From the NCBI GenBank assembly GCA_973895155.1, contig OZ316896.1, positions 8,515,539 to 8,579,538 on the forward strand: 64,000 bases of DNA, written 5' to 3'. The notes beneath the pieces are model-generated. The model saw only the letters and a program-made list of their open reading frames with translations. It made no database searches and had not been told where the DNA came from. Source of the DNA: Marsupella aquatica (taxonomy: Eukaryota; Plantae; Marchantiophyta). This document shows, one piece after another, positions 50,388 through 62,622 of the stretch. Within the stretch, counting starts at the first letter, position 1. Each line of letters opens with the position of its first letter. Both the position numbers and the translations under genes were made by a program.

Positions 50388-51875
50388 TCATACCGTCAAA
50401 TCTAACCCAGACTGTCGAATGAGCGCGGAGAATTCCGTGAAGCTCAAAAATCCATCCTTGTCGATATCGAACTCTTCCATTGTTGCACTAGCAAGCTACA
50501 CATCACAAGAAAGAGATTATTGTCAGGTCCAATTTCAAGGTTTCGTCCCGACATAACCAGTGAAAGTCAGGGAAGGAAGGAAATTTTATCAATGCGAGCC
50601 TAACAAGAAAATTCTGTGACACGGCACATTATTCTGAATGCCTGAGGTGTTTTGGAACAGGACACGAGCTAATCACGGTCAGTTTAGACTAGGTTCAGGT
50701 TTTGAACACTATTTGAATCGTGTAGGAGATATATATACAAGGACCTGTAGCCAGCTTACTTGATTAAGTTGACTTTCTGGGAGTGTTTCACTAGCCACTT
50801 TCATCGCAGCGGCGAGCTCCGTCAACGAAATCTTTCCATCATGATTTTGATCGTAAAAGCCGAATAAAACTGCCAGCCACAACAGCGAAACGAAAACCTC
50901 GTGAGTACCTCTTGTATGCTTCTGCTGATCGCTGTGGTCTGCCGTTTATTTTCCAATTCTCGTGAACCTATTAAAAAAACCTTGCAATCCTTGGCCCTTC
51001 AATTCCTAGAATCCCCTATCGAATTGGGAAGGTCCCCACCTGATATCATTTTTCAGCTGATACGTTGGGAAATGAAGACTAGACAGTCTACCGCAGGGCT
51101 GGCGAGCACTAACCAGTTTCATTTCCAGAGATTTTCCATTCCCGGTCCATACACATAGCAAAATTGTTGGGCAAGCTTCGAGGAACTGCATACACAAACC
51201 TTGCAACTTGGCATCAGCCGTCGTCATTGACCTGTAAGCTTTAATTTCACTGGTGATCTCCTTGTAAGTGAGCGAACCACTGTCATCAGAATCCACAAAC
51301 TTAAATAATGCGTCTGCACACTGCTGTCCTGCTGTACCATCCACCCACAATGCAACGACATATCCTTCAAAGTTACGCCTCTGTAACACGCGTTGCAAGG
51401 CAGAGTGGAGTACGTAACAGCGGGAAAATGCTTTACTGTTACACAGGATGAGTGAAAGGACTTATTTTAGTTCCAGCGACGAAAGAAACGGTGACTACAG
51501 CAAACAATAAGGAATTCATTAGTATTGTACTGCAGAAAGCTTACAAGAGCCGAGCAACTTCTTGAATTGCTCTGGGGTGATCTCATCCGCATCTTTGCCT
51601 GTGATCTTACTAAACCTATACTTAGCTCGCAAAACTTCATGACCTGTTAACCCTGCAGACCGATGACACAAGATTCAGAGTGAAAACAGCAAATTGTCCC
51701 TGGAATGCGTGGAACGAATGAAACGTCGGAACGGAGTATTAAGTTAGAACGTTCAACACCTCCGTCCCTTCTGATGCATTGTTAACCTTTGAGGCAATCA
51801 GTTGAATTGCTGCCTGCTGGAGTTTGAGAAATTACCTCCAGGCTTTCGGCGAAAGATGCTGATAACACTACCCAT
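50388..51875 (-). CDS. N-myristoylated 4-EF-hand calcium sensor of calcineurin B type (165 aa), 5 exons
   Basis: Exons 51875-51836, 51652-51545, 51331-51200, 50869-50760 and 50495-50388 total 498 nt. N-terminus MGSVIS. EF loops DSDDSGSLTYKE, DQNHDGKISLTE and DIDKDGFLSFTE. Confidence 0.88.
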
Positions 51876-54684
51876 TGAGGGCTAGGTGAAGGCCAAAGAT
51901 AGGCGCTATTCTTTTGACGGTCATAACCATTTCGACGTGTCATGTGCCAACATTGACTTCAGATGTGCGGAGTTTGCAGCCGCTCATTTGCAACATTTCC
52001 GCACTTCTCTATGCAGTTTCATCTTCGTTATGAGTGCTCGGTTCGAAATAGCAAAAGAGGTAAGAACTTCAACACCAGACGAGGCTATGATTAGCACAAG
52101 CTCGCCGACTTGGAACGCTTGTCATATTGATCCTCAATTTTCAATTTTGTGGATTTATGCCCGACAGTCTGCGTCCCGAAGTATTAATTTCTTGGTAAGG
52201 TCAATTAAAAGTCGTTCGAGTCTTCTGTTCAGAACTATCTTCCGAAGATCTCATTGTTCGGCAGTAGTTACTTCCGTCAACATGTGATACAAGCAAAGGA
52301 AGGTGCGGGCAAGGACACCACCTGCCACAAAGATCACTTCAACTTGTAGCGCAATTGTCCGAAGTGTTACATGAAGAATGCGTGCAAATAAACAAGAGAT
52401 AATTGAAGAGTGCATGCATTGACCTGACTGACATAGACGCGCATCGCGCCAATTTCAACAAAACCGGGGTGCTTTGTCGCAGTGTTCGTCTATGCACTCT
52501 GTACCTACAGGAACTGAATCCTGGTCGGTTGCTGTTAAGAGAGCCCTAGAAATGGTTTCCCACCAACAAGAACTGGATGTGACTCTACCCTCGCCAACTA
52601 ATTTGGCATTGTTGTTCCAATCGATTGGCATTGGCATGAATGCTTACTTCAATCATTGCAATGTGACTGACTTCCGATCGTTTCTATTCCTTCATCGCTT
52701 CAATTAAAACATATGTTCGAAGCTACTTGCTCCGACGCCATTGAGTGCTCAAGAACAAGATATCATTCATAGAGAACCGCATTATCCATAACGCATCCAT
52801 ACATTCTGATGACCGTTTTCGGGCGTCGACAAATTCCCGTCGTCGAGTTAACACTTTACAGCAACATTTATTGAATTAAGAGCTTGGACGGGTTCATTCC
52901 GCACAGGATTGCACTTTGGGAGTTGAAGTAATCAGTTGAAGGGCTTCTCTCGCTTCCCTCACATGCATTTCAAAAACAGATACGAGATGTCAATAAAAAA
53001 AATACCATTGCCAGTGAAGCTTGGTCCATCGGGCCGGCCGGTGTGTTCGTGCTCGCTTGGTTTCGCTTCGTTTCAAGGCAAAGGACGAAAGGTAATAAGG
53101 GATGCCTGGTTGGCAAGCGACTGGTGGAGAAGGCCGGCGGAAGAAGAAGGTGTGCGCATCTACTTCCACACCGGAATGTCTTGTCCAGCAACGGGAGTGG
53201 TGTGGTTCCCATCAGGTCATCTGGGAAATTCGGACGAACGGTTTGTAATTGTGGATGCTTCGTCTCAGAGATTCAGGTCCTCTTTCCGTAAACCAATTAT
53301 TTGTCTGAAAGCTTGTTGGAAGAACGCGTCCGGGGATCGTCACGGAGAGTCTTGGACCTAGAACCGTTCCGTTAGCTCACGTTGGGGAGTCCACAGTTAC
53401 GAGGACCGGTGTGACAGGACACTAGTAAGAGTTGTTCCTGATTCAACAACCAAATGCAGGTTCCGAAACGGCCGCTTACGGCCCAAGGTACTTCGAACAC
53501 CTGATGTCCAGGTCTGTTTGGGAGATCAGTGACTTTGCACGCGAGTGATTGCTTCGTGTCACATCCATTGCAGGAGAGGATCATTGAACCACATCGACTC
53601 CACCATGAACTACTGAATCAGAGCATCGACCACGAGGTCTTCTTGATTTCCGAGAAAAATTGCGCTCTGTCGACGGATAGGCGAGGCAGAGAGGGTTGGG
53701 GTACGGTAATGGATACAGCCCAAGAACGTCCCACTGGAATTTGCGATAGAGAGAAACATAAAATCAACAGTGACAAGATCGGAGGACCACGAATTCGATA
53801 CTGGTGGCTCGTCCCCTGGAGCCACGAAAATGAAAAGCATGGTCGAGGTGTCCGTCTGGATGAAGGTGGCAGGAACGAGACCGAATGTGTTTCAGAGAAG
53901 GAAAGGCAATTCAATTGACGGCCAAGGGCTTGATAAGAGTATTCATAACCACGCAAGAGAAGAAAAGGGGAACAGAGAATGGCTTGGATACGTTTGTTCT
54001 CTTCGTTCATCTTGAAATAGACAAAAACGGACGGTGAGTTTCAAAATCAGCTGCACCACAAATCACCGTTGGCCCTTTCTTGGTACATTTGATAGCAAAA
54101 GACAATTTACTTGTCATTGCAGTAGCTTGCAAATTAGAGATGGTTTCACAGGTTCATCGAAATTCTCGAGCTTCAGAGGTGCTCAAAACCAACAGATCAG
54201 ATGATAGCGTTTCCGAGAAATCAAGAATGCCGACTCGATTGGCTAAAACCTAGCTTCTGCAATACCTCCCGTTGCGATCTTCTCTTGGCTTGCTGATGTA
54301 GTTCGTCCGTTCACTGGTGAAATTATCACATCTTCAAAATGTTAGTGTGCACTGGCGATGATGTACTCAGTCTCTGTACGCAGTCTGCTCAGGCTTCCAA
54401 TTCTACTGCTTCACATTGTCTACAGAACTTCTATCAGCAGCACCCCTGCTGGTAATCACACATCAAAATGTGGTTGCATTCATTGATTGAAAGAAAAAAC
54501 CTAGGATTATCACGGTATGCACGGGTGCCATACATAGTATATGTCATATTTTGATGTGCAGTTACCGAGACCCAGCAGCACCCTCACCCTCCTGAATTCA
54601 TGCAATGGAGGCCTGCAGCTGATTGACTGAACGAAAACTGCATCCAAAGCTGAATTGGAACTTAGCTCACGCCCTGAATGCCTT

Positions 54685-55045
54685 TGAATATGAATATCCT
54701 GCATATGAATATACATGATGCCCATTCTTCGAATATGAAAATCCCTCATTCTTTGAATATGAATATAGTGAATATGAATATAGTGAATATGAATATATAT
54801 GATGACAAAAATCATCATGCATGCTGTCCTTTTAAAGATACATAATGTTCTATCCTTCTTTACATGGACACAACCTTGTTTTTAAGATGAATAATGTCCT
54901 CTCCTTCTTTACATGGACATAAATTTGTTTTTAAGATGCATAATGTCCTATACTTCTTTCCATGGACATAAATTTGGCGGGCCCTAGAAGCCTAGACCCC
55001 AACTCTAGGTTCTCTTCGCAATTGATTACTAAGATTCCCAAGTGC
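54685..55045. repeat. (GAATAT)n-type short repeats, a 3 x ~50-bp tandem repeat and a dispersed-repeat copy
   Basis: gaatatgaatat runs at 54686-54800. tttaagat..ataatgt.ct...cttcttt.catggaca occurs three times at 54830-54975. ctagaagcctagaccccaactctag is shared with 19.7 kb and 40.1 kb. Confidence 0.85.
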
Positions 55046-57269
55046 CCAAGCACACTTGGTAAGCAAGCATATGAAGTATAGTCTAGCGCCAAATTATCCA
55101 TAATTAGTATCCCCTTGTCACACAAGAAAACTGCCCAACTATTGCCAAACCATCATGATACTGGATCCCAACAGCAAAAAACTCAATAGGGTGTCTCAAA
55201 GCTTCATAATTAGGATGATGTCTTTTTGCCATAAGCAAAGGGCCATAGCTTTTGCTCAGGTTTGTGTAAAAGTTTCTTTTTTCTTCACTAGCCTTTACAG
55301 TGACTCATGGCATATGACCAATCTTTATGGCAAAAAGTTACGCATCATGAATTGGTAGTCCCTAATTTTTCTGTCCCTAACCTTAAGTACTAAGGTAAGC
55401 CAGGTCCATCAAATTTTGAGGTTTGAGATTCCTTACTAAAGTAGAAAAAGAGTAAAAGGAAAAGACCTCAAGATGACCAAAGAAGCTCCACAAGCCTGAG
55501 AATCTCCACTAAAAACAAAGGTATGGAGTTGTGCAACACTAACCCAACCCGGTGCGCAAATCAATGAAGGCATAAGATGCAAGGGACTACAAATGCAAGT
55601 ATCTGATGGAGCAGGACCTTCTGTTGAGACTAATATCTATGCATCTTTACTGTGTGTGGCGTTTGGCTAGGCGTGGGGGGCAAGCACTGGAAAGCACCGC
55701 CCCAAACTCACTAGTTCTGGTGCACAAGATTGAGGCAAGCTTGGTGGGCAGTGAGAGGGGTTGGAATGTAGTGCGCCCTGGTAGAGATTATTTTTTCTGT
55801 GTATGGCACCCAAAACACGGAAGGGGGCACGGAAGTCGTCACCAGCTGGCCATTTAGTGCAACCGGTGGGGATGCTCTAAAAATTGGAAGCCAGGATTGG
55901 TATTTGAGGGCAGGGTACTAATGCAGAATATTTCTATCAGATTTGTTTTGAGAATAGACAGCAAAATAGCCAGGGGGCTGGGTCAGCATGAGCAAAGGTG
56001 AAGAAGTTGGCATGGTCCCAGGAGGAGGCGCTGCACATATTAACGAGACTTGTTCAATCTTCTTGGGGCCATAAATCCCCTCAAGATTTTCCTCTTTGTT
56101 CTTTCTGTATTTTATGGACGAGAAATTATGCCCATCATATGAATGCAAGTGCATTTTGAGATATATATTCTGCTTGAGTTTGTCTACGAAAAGCATTTAG
56201 TAATGTCCGAAGTCACTGTAGTCCTTAATGCTGCCCAAAATGATGGCTTTAGCTCCAGTTTTGAGAGGGTGTTATTGCCATAATGCCCTTATATCAGGGC
56301 GCTTAGAAACTTAGAGGCCTAAGTGATCTTTTCTTTTTCCTGTTTTTAGTAAAGTAGAGGTGCTTTGGGGGGACAAATGCACATTCCTGATTTAGATTGG
56401 GGAACTATTAAACTTCTCCTCTAATTTACTAAAAATAATAAAAAGAAATTACCGAGGCCTTCAAGTGTACTAATGCCCTGTAACGAGCAAATGATGGGCA
56501 GTGATAGCCCCTCAAAATTTGAGCTAACGCCTATTTTTGGGGCACAGGGGGGCAAAAAGGCCGGCAACACCGTATCATCTTTGAGATTTTTGTGTTGATT
56601 TTCCTGTACTTTATGAAAGCCATGCGCATCACATTGGTGCAAGTTAGGGCATTATGAGATTTGCCCCCTCTACTTGTTCTTGCTAAGGGAGATAGAAAAG
56701 GTCCAGTAACCATTGGACTTGCATTTTGGCTTAAAATACTTGTTGCATAGTGGATACCATATATTTATTTAATGTATGAAGTGAGGGTGGAAGTAAGCAA
56801 TAGAGTTAACGGTCACTGCAAATGCTCTAAACCAGCAAGGCCTGCACTAGGCACAAACAAAGCCAGCAAAGGAGGGGAACCCTATGTAGTGAATCCCCCT
56901 TTTGTTATCTTCAGGAGTTGGACTCATGGAATGAGTGGGTTTTTTGTCAAGTGAGCCACGACTGTGACAGGGCCAATGGTCCCAAGGAATGATTTTAAAG
57001 GGTAGTAGTGACGCACACATGTAAATAAATAGATTTGTGTCAAGTATTTTTTGCTTTTGTTATCTTACAACCTCGCCAAAGATAGTTTACGTACAATAAG
57101 ATGAGGTGAGTGTTGATGGTTTTTATGTCCTCTTAATTTTAGTTGTCGGCCAAGCCTCAGGATAAGGGGGGGGTTGGCCACTGGCCGGGGCAAGACAAGG
57201 CATGTACCCTAATGCCCTTCCATGTAGGCGTTGGGGGATTCCTATCTTTTTATTTTTAAGCGGCCCTAG

Positions 57270-58780
57270 TATTAACGTAATGGGGGCCGGGTCGAAAGGC
57301 GAGAGTGGCCAAGCATCACTTTTGGGTGCCGGCCAACCAATAGAGTGCTAGCCAAACAACAAGCCGGCCAGGGAGGAAGAAGCCGACCTGGGTGGCATGC
57401 GGCCTGCAAGGCAGCAAGCCGGCCAAGGAGGGTGTTGGCCAACAGTAAGGCGACCTGAGGGGAGAGGCCCTGGCCACCGGAGGGCAAGCCCAATGAGACC
57501 CCGGCCAGGAGGACAGTGTGGGTTCCAGTGGCCCATCCATAGATGAGGATCTTACTACAAGCAAGCAGTCAGATGACAGTTAGTACGGGAGCTGTACAGA
57601 CCTTGGCCACACAAAAGTCGAAATTTTCAATCTTCTCAGAATCAAGAACTCATGGGCTTATTGGAAGGAGCTCGTCGAGCTGAATCTAACTATGTAAGAC
57701 ACGCCTCAAACGGAGTTAAAATGAGAGAGATACGGACTGGAGAGTTTTGGTGAAAAATTGGGGTCCGACACCGTACGGACGTCCGTACGGCCTTCAGGAA
57801 AGTGACACGGCCAAGTCAGGGCAGGCGGCCATGGCCAGGGTACCTCAATTTGATGTCGTGATGGGAGGCCGGGGCCGTACGGACAACCGAGAGGTGATAG
57901 TGGCCGAGGTAGAACTCAAGACTCGGTAGGCCATATCTCGAGCGTCTGATGTCCGTTTTGGGAGCCGTTTTCGGGGTTACGATCAGGATGGCCGTAGCTA
58001 CTCAGAAAAGTTCTCAGGACCAGATTTAGATCAACTTCTACTTTCGACTATTCCCATGGCCAGAGTAGTGGGAGGTGTTGGCCGCCCCGTAGTAGGAAGG
58101 TAGACCATGGCTTACATATTAAGACATTAGTCTAGTTTTGTTTAGTTGGTGTGATGGCCGACGAAGGCACCGTTGGCCTCACTTAGGTAGCAATAGGATT
58201 AGGGGTGCATGTGTGTGCCGCATGTGTAGAAAACTTTTAGGTTAGCGGCGCCGCCAGCGGATGGCGGCCAGCCAGGGCAGTGGCCGCCGCCACACCCTAG
58301 GGCTTGTGTGTTCACGCATTATTGTTTTCAGTATTTAACCAGCAGCCCCCGGTAGGAGCAGGGGGGAACTCAGTCTAGTGTTGTTTTTGTGAGGATTAGC
58401 CTTCAACAAGAATAGGGAATTGATCCGGAGTATTGAGGTGGAGGGGGCTCATTGTCCCGTGAGGCAGGAGTTAGGTAGACGGTAGGAGACCGGGTTGCCC
58501 ATGCAATGTGTTACCTTGGCCACTAATAGATATGGATTCGGTTGGATTTTCATGACTTCTTGTGTGTTGTTCCCTCTCTTGGTTGCACGATTGTGTTCTT
58601 CCGCAGTATGAGTATTTAGAGAAACTTACATGGCTTGGTCGACCGTGTGAGTGGGAAAGTGGTGACAGCACTTTGCCAAAGGCCAGGAGGAGTAGAAACA
58701 AGGTAGTCCACGGGACTTGATCAAAAACAGAGTACGTATAGTCGGTAGACTTGATCAAAAAATACATTTCCGGGAGCGGA
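57270..58780. mobile_element. LTR-like, GC-rich repeat (probable retrotransposon LTR or solo LTR; borders unresolved)
   Basis: Non-coding and GGCC-rich. It contains ttggaaggagctcgtcgagctgaatctaac...cgcctcaaacggagtt..atgagagagatac, a block typical of plant retroelement LTRs, and a TATTTAA-like box near 58332. No TSD or PBS could be confirmed. Confidence 0.45.
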
Positions 58781-58913
58781 AACGAATCTACTCATCCTTA
58801 GTAGGAAATTGATCCATATAGCGTCCCCATCATACGATACAAACGATTTTTAGTGGAACCATGTGGTGCTTGTTGTGTTAGTCGTTTGATAAGCAGGTGA
58901 CAACGACCCTTAA

Positions 58914-59240
58914 GGGCTAGGTTCCATGGGGCTGGGAGTAAGGAGTACGGATGCTGTCAGAATTTTTAAGCCAATAAGATTGCAGCTTTTCCAGGGACTG
59001 AGGGGTGTACAAATACTGTATCAAGGAGTATGATTTTCCCTCACACTCCCTCTTAAACTTCAGGGGTACCCCCTGCCCATGTATAAGAACAGTACAGGGC
59101 ATTCTCATTGGCGGAGATCCTGAATCAAAATTCATACTTTTAAAATACTGTATACACCTTGGCATATGGTGTATTTGGGCCCTAGTTAATGTCAGAGGGA
59201 GTGACCGTACTCCCTACCCCTGGCCCATGGAACCTGGCCC
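58914..59240. mobile_element. Tourist-like (PIF/Harbinger) MITE, 327 bp
   Basis: Imperfect ~37-bp TIRs (gggctaggttccatggggctgggagtaaggagtacgg and ccgtactccctacccctggcccatggaacctggccc), flanked by TAA (58911-58913) and TTA (59241-59243). Confidence 0.88.
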
Positions 59241-59789
59241 TTAGTGTGCTGATCTCAAAAAGAGTGAAACAAACTTACGGCCTACTTGTGTTAGTCATGA
59301 CCCTTAGTTTGGCTTCTCCGCATACTGCCTTCAGATTTGTTTTACCATGGAAGATATTTTTTAAGTTAAGCAATTGAAAATCTTGGACAGAGTGAAAAAA
59401 ACCTTCCTCATCCATTGAACACTGTCCAAGACAAATAGAACCCAAATGGAACTCGATTCCAGCTTACAAATGTATAGACTGAGGAAGTAGACTAGAAAAG
59501 TGGTACCATCACCCACATGGAATGTACTACATTCCAGCTTATAGTGGAAAGTAGAGAAGCGGTAAGCAATGTAGGAAATCTCAGAGCGTTGCTTACCACT
59601 GAGATGTACCGTATTGCTAAAGCACATTTAGACGTTTTTGAAGATTTCATCTGGGTTGCCAAAGACCATCCAAAGATATTTGAAGGTTTCAGGTGGGTCC
59701 ATCCAGGTTGACATGGACAACCGTGAATGCCATATAGGTTTCTTTTCCCAGTAAGAGTGCAACAAAGTTACTTCAGTTGCCTCCTTGCA

Positions 59790-59955
59790 GGACATCCATG
59801 TCTCACTTGCAGATTTAGTTATGACATTAGATGTGTATCACTTGCAGACTTAGTTATGACACTAAATATGTATCATTAGAGAATCCACTAATGTTGACAT
59901 CCATGTTTCACTTGTTAAGACAATATGACATGACACTAGATGTGTATCATTAGAG
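59790..59955. repeat. Short tandem/dispersed repeat, also present at 14105-14160
   Basis: gacatccatgt.tcacttg...ttagttatgacactagatgtgtatca is repeated here. ggacatccatgtccc...gacttagttt...actagatgtggatcattag occurs at ~14105. Confidence 0.7.
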
Positions 59956-61619
59956 AATCATGCAGTGGTCAATTTTCCACCCATCATTTGCTAAGTTTGG
60001 AGTTAGCATTTGCCCTCTTCTTTTGTGTTTCGTGTTTGTCAATAAATTGCTCCTCAGTTTTGTCTTGAATAACTTATGTATATTCCAAGGAAGAACGGCA
60101 GCCAAAGCCAATGGACGTAGAGCTCATGAGGATCGGAGGCCGAACAAGGCCAATGTACTCTGGGAAGGCCGGCACGAGGCAGCAACAAAGCCAGCAAAGG
60201 CAGGGATGGAGGTTTTCTTGAGCTCTATCTTTACTTAGATTTCATGGTTTTGCTATCTGTTCTGGCTCCGCTCCCTATCCAACTTATGCAGTCTCTGCTT
60301 CAGTGCTCGTCGTCAGTTCGGCAAAAACCATCATGGCAGTAGCTATCAATACTGGAATGTTTACTCCATCCAGTCAATCACTGGCAGACAGCCAGACACC
60401 GAGGACCCTTCTCAAGGTATTGGAGGACCTTCGAGTAACGAGGGAAAATGAAGAACTGCGTGAAGAGCTTACGAGGTATTCTGAAGTTGCGAGCAAACAG
60501 GAGATTTTGATAGGGAGGAAATTTTGATAGCGAGACAATAATGGTTCCAAATTTCAGTTGCTTTTTGGTGCCTTTTACATTTTTTGTGTTTTTTTAAAGA
60601 CTCCAGATTGCTAGCGAGCTTGCTAGCAAAAAGAAAGTCCCCAAAAGTGATGTTACCAACCAGGTAGTTGATAGCGAGGCAGTTGCATGTAGAAATAGGG
60701 GTCATGCAGGATTTTTTAAACTCGTGCAAGGAAAATTTTTATTGTTTGCTCGCACGTTACAATTACCCAGAGCTTACACCCTTGAATGTTTTGTCCTGTG
60801 ACACTTTTAATTTATTTTGTAAATTAAGATTCCTCCTTCCCTTCCCCCACCCCCTAGCCTTTCCTCCTTTCTCCCCTTTCTCCTTCCTCTCCTCCATCTC
60901 CCTCCCTTTCCCTTAAAATCAGTGATTTGCACGGCAGCTCAGGACTGTATATAGTGGAACCAGGTCTGAAGCTACAATAGTATGGTAGTGGCGCAAGGCA
61001 GTTATTATTAATCATCCCCCAAACCAAGAAATTTGGATAGTTCACATGAGGGGCAATCTTACTATTAGAACCAAGAAATTTGTGAATTTACCCTTTGTTT
61101 TGAATGCATGCTTTACTCACAAGTAACAGGCAACAACAAATCTGGGACAACTTCAGGAGCCATCAAAGCCAAGACCGCAATTTTTTCATCCCTTGTCATC
61201 CAATTGCCATGTTGATGCCAGTCCTACATTGCGCTTCACAAAGCACTTCGTTCAACAAGGGCCGTCCAAAGTCCCCCGAAATTGTGTTGGTTTCCAATTT
61301 CTCAGGTAAACTCTCACTATGGTAACTTTATAAAACAATTGGTGCCAGCAGTATTTTTTTTTTTCTTGCACTTTCAATCTTCACCACTTATTTATGATGT
61401 TGGCCACGTTTCGCTTTACAAAATGGGAGGAGAACTTATAGGATCAAAGGTTACGGATCCTAGCTGATTCAGGGGAGTCTCCACGTTATTACTTTTTTGT
61501 GAATGTGTCCTGACCTCTGGGTCTCCAGAGGTGGTCTAAATGTCAAATCGAGAAGACATCCTAATTTTTAGCAGAAAATTTTATGATGGTGTATATTTCG
61601 GCCCCAATTACAAACTTTT

Positions 61620-62114
61620 CTTACTGATTGTTTTTTTCTGCTGCTTGCTTAGGTAGCCTCTGGATTGCTACGGGAAAATGCCTACTGATTCTCCTGTGCT
61701 GCTTTGCTTCGGGTGACCTCTGGATTGCTGTGCGAAAATGCTTATTGATTCTTTCTTCTGCTTTGCTTTGGGTGACCTCTGGATTTCTGTGGGAAAATGC
61801 TTATTGATTCTTTTCTTCTGCTTTGCTTTGGGTGACCTCTGGATTTCTGTGGGAAAATGCTTATTGATTCTTTTCTTCGGTGCTTTGCTTGGGGTGACCT
61901 CTGGATTTCTGTGGGAAAGTGCCTATAGATTCGTTTCTTCTGCTTTGCTTTGAGTGACCTCTGGATTGCTGTGGGAAAATGCCAATTCCACTTGATTATG
62001 TTCTGCTGCTTTGCTTTGGGTGACCTCTGGATTGTCATGGGAAAATGCCAATTCCACTTGATTATGTTCTGCTGCTTTGCTTTGGGTGACCTCTGGATTG
62101 TCATGGGAAAATGC
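61620..62114. repeat. Minisatellite of ~8 units of 60-66 bp
   Basis: The core tgctttgctttgggtgacctctggatt(t/g)ctgtgggaaaatgc is repeated with short variable linkers. Confidence 0.95.
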
Positions 62115-62135
62115 GTGCTCAAAAGCCAGCCTTAC

Positions 62136-62622
62136 CAACTCTCCATGATTCTCGCCTTGAATGACAGCGTTTCCTGGAGCACATTGACACAGATCCTAGA
62201 AGACTCGCCCTTCGATGAGACTTTGATCATGGTTTTCCACTGGTTGCCTCCCTTCCGGCTTTCCGTGCTTTCACAGCTGCACCTCCTTGCGCCCTGGCTT
62301 CCTTCGCTGCTCTCTCCTCTTTTATTTTGTTGGCCGCAGCTTCCTTCGCCTCAGCTGCAGCTGCCCTGCGAGCCGCTGCAGCCTCAGCTTGCTTCTCTTT
62401 GGTCGCACCTCGATCCAACGCAGCCTTGGCAGCTGCTGCTTTCTCGGCATTCGCCCTCGCCAAAGCAGCGTCCTCAGCAGCAGCTCTTTCTCGTCCGCCA
62501 GCCTCGAGGGCACTCTCTTTCTCCGCAGCAACTTTGGTAGCATTGTCCTTGGCAGCTGCTATTCTCTCCTTCTCCCTGGCCCGATCCTGTTCAAGAGTGG
62601 TCGGCTCGCTTGGTTCTCCCAT
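62136..62622 (-). pseudogene. Ala/Glu/Lys-rich ORF, probably an exon of a TE accessory gene (frameshifted)
   Basis: ATG at 62622 opens a 131-aa A/E/K/R low-complexity helix. A different frame then runs to a strong GTAAGG donor at ~62135, directly ahead of the minisatellite. The surroundings are repeat-rich. Confidence 0.4.

Noticed and set aside
57225-57270. Helitron 3' end (CTAG-T)
   Set aside because: No convincing GC-rich hairpin 10-20 nt upstream.
61620-62114. CRISPR array
   Set aside because: Linkers are short, mutually related and duplicated. There are no cas genes and the context is eukaryotic. It is a minisatellite.
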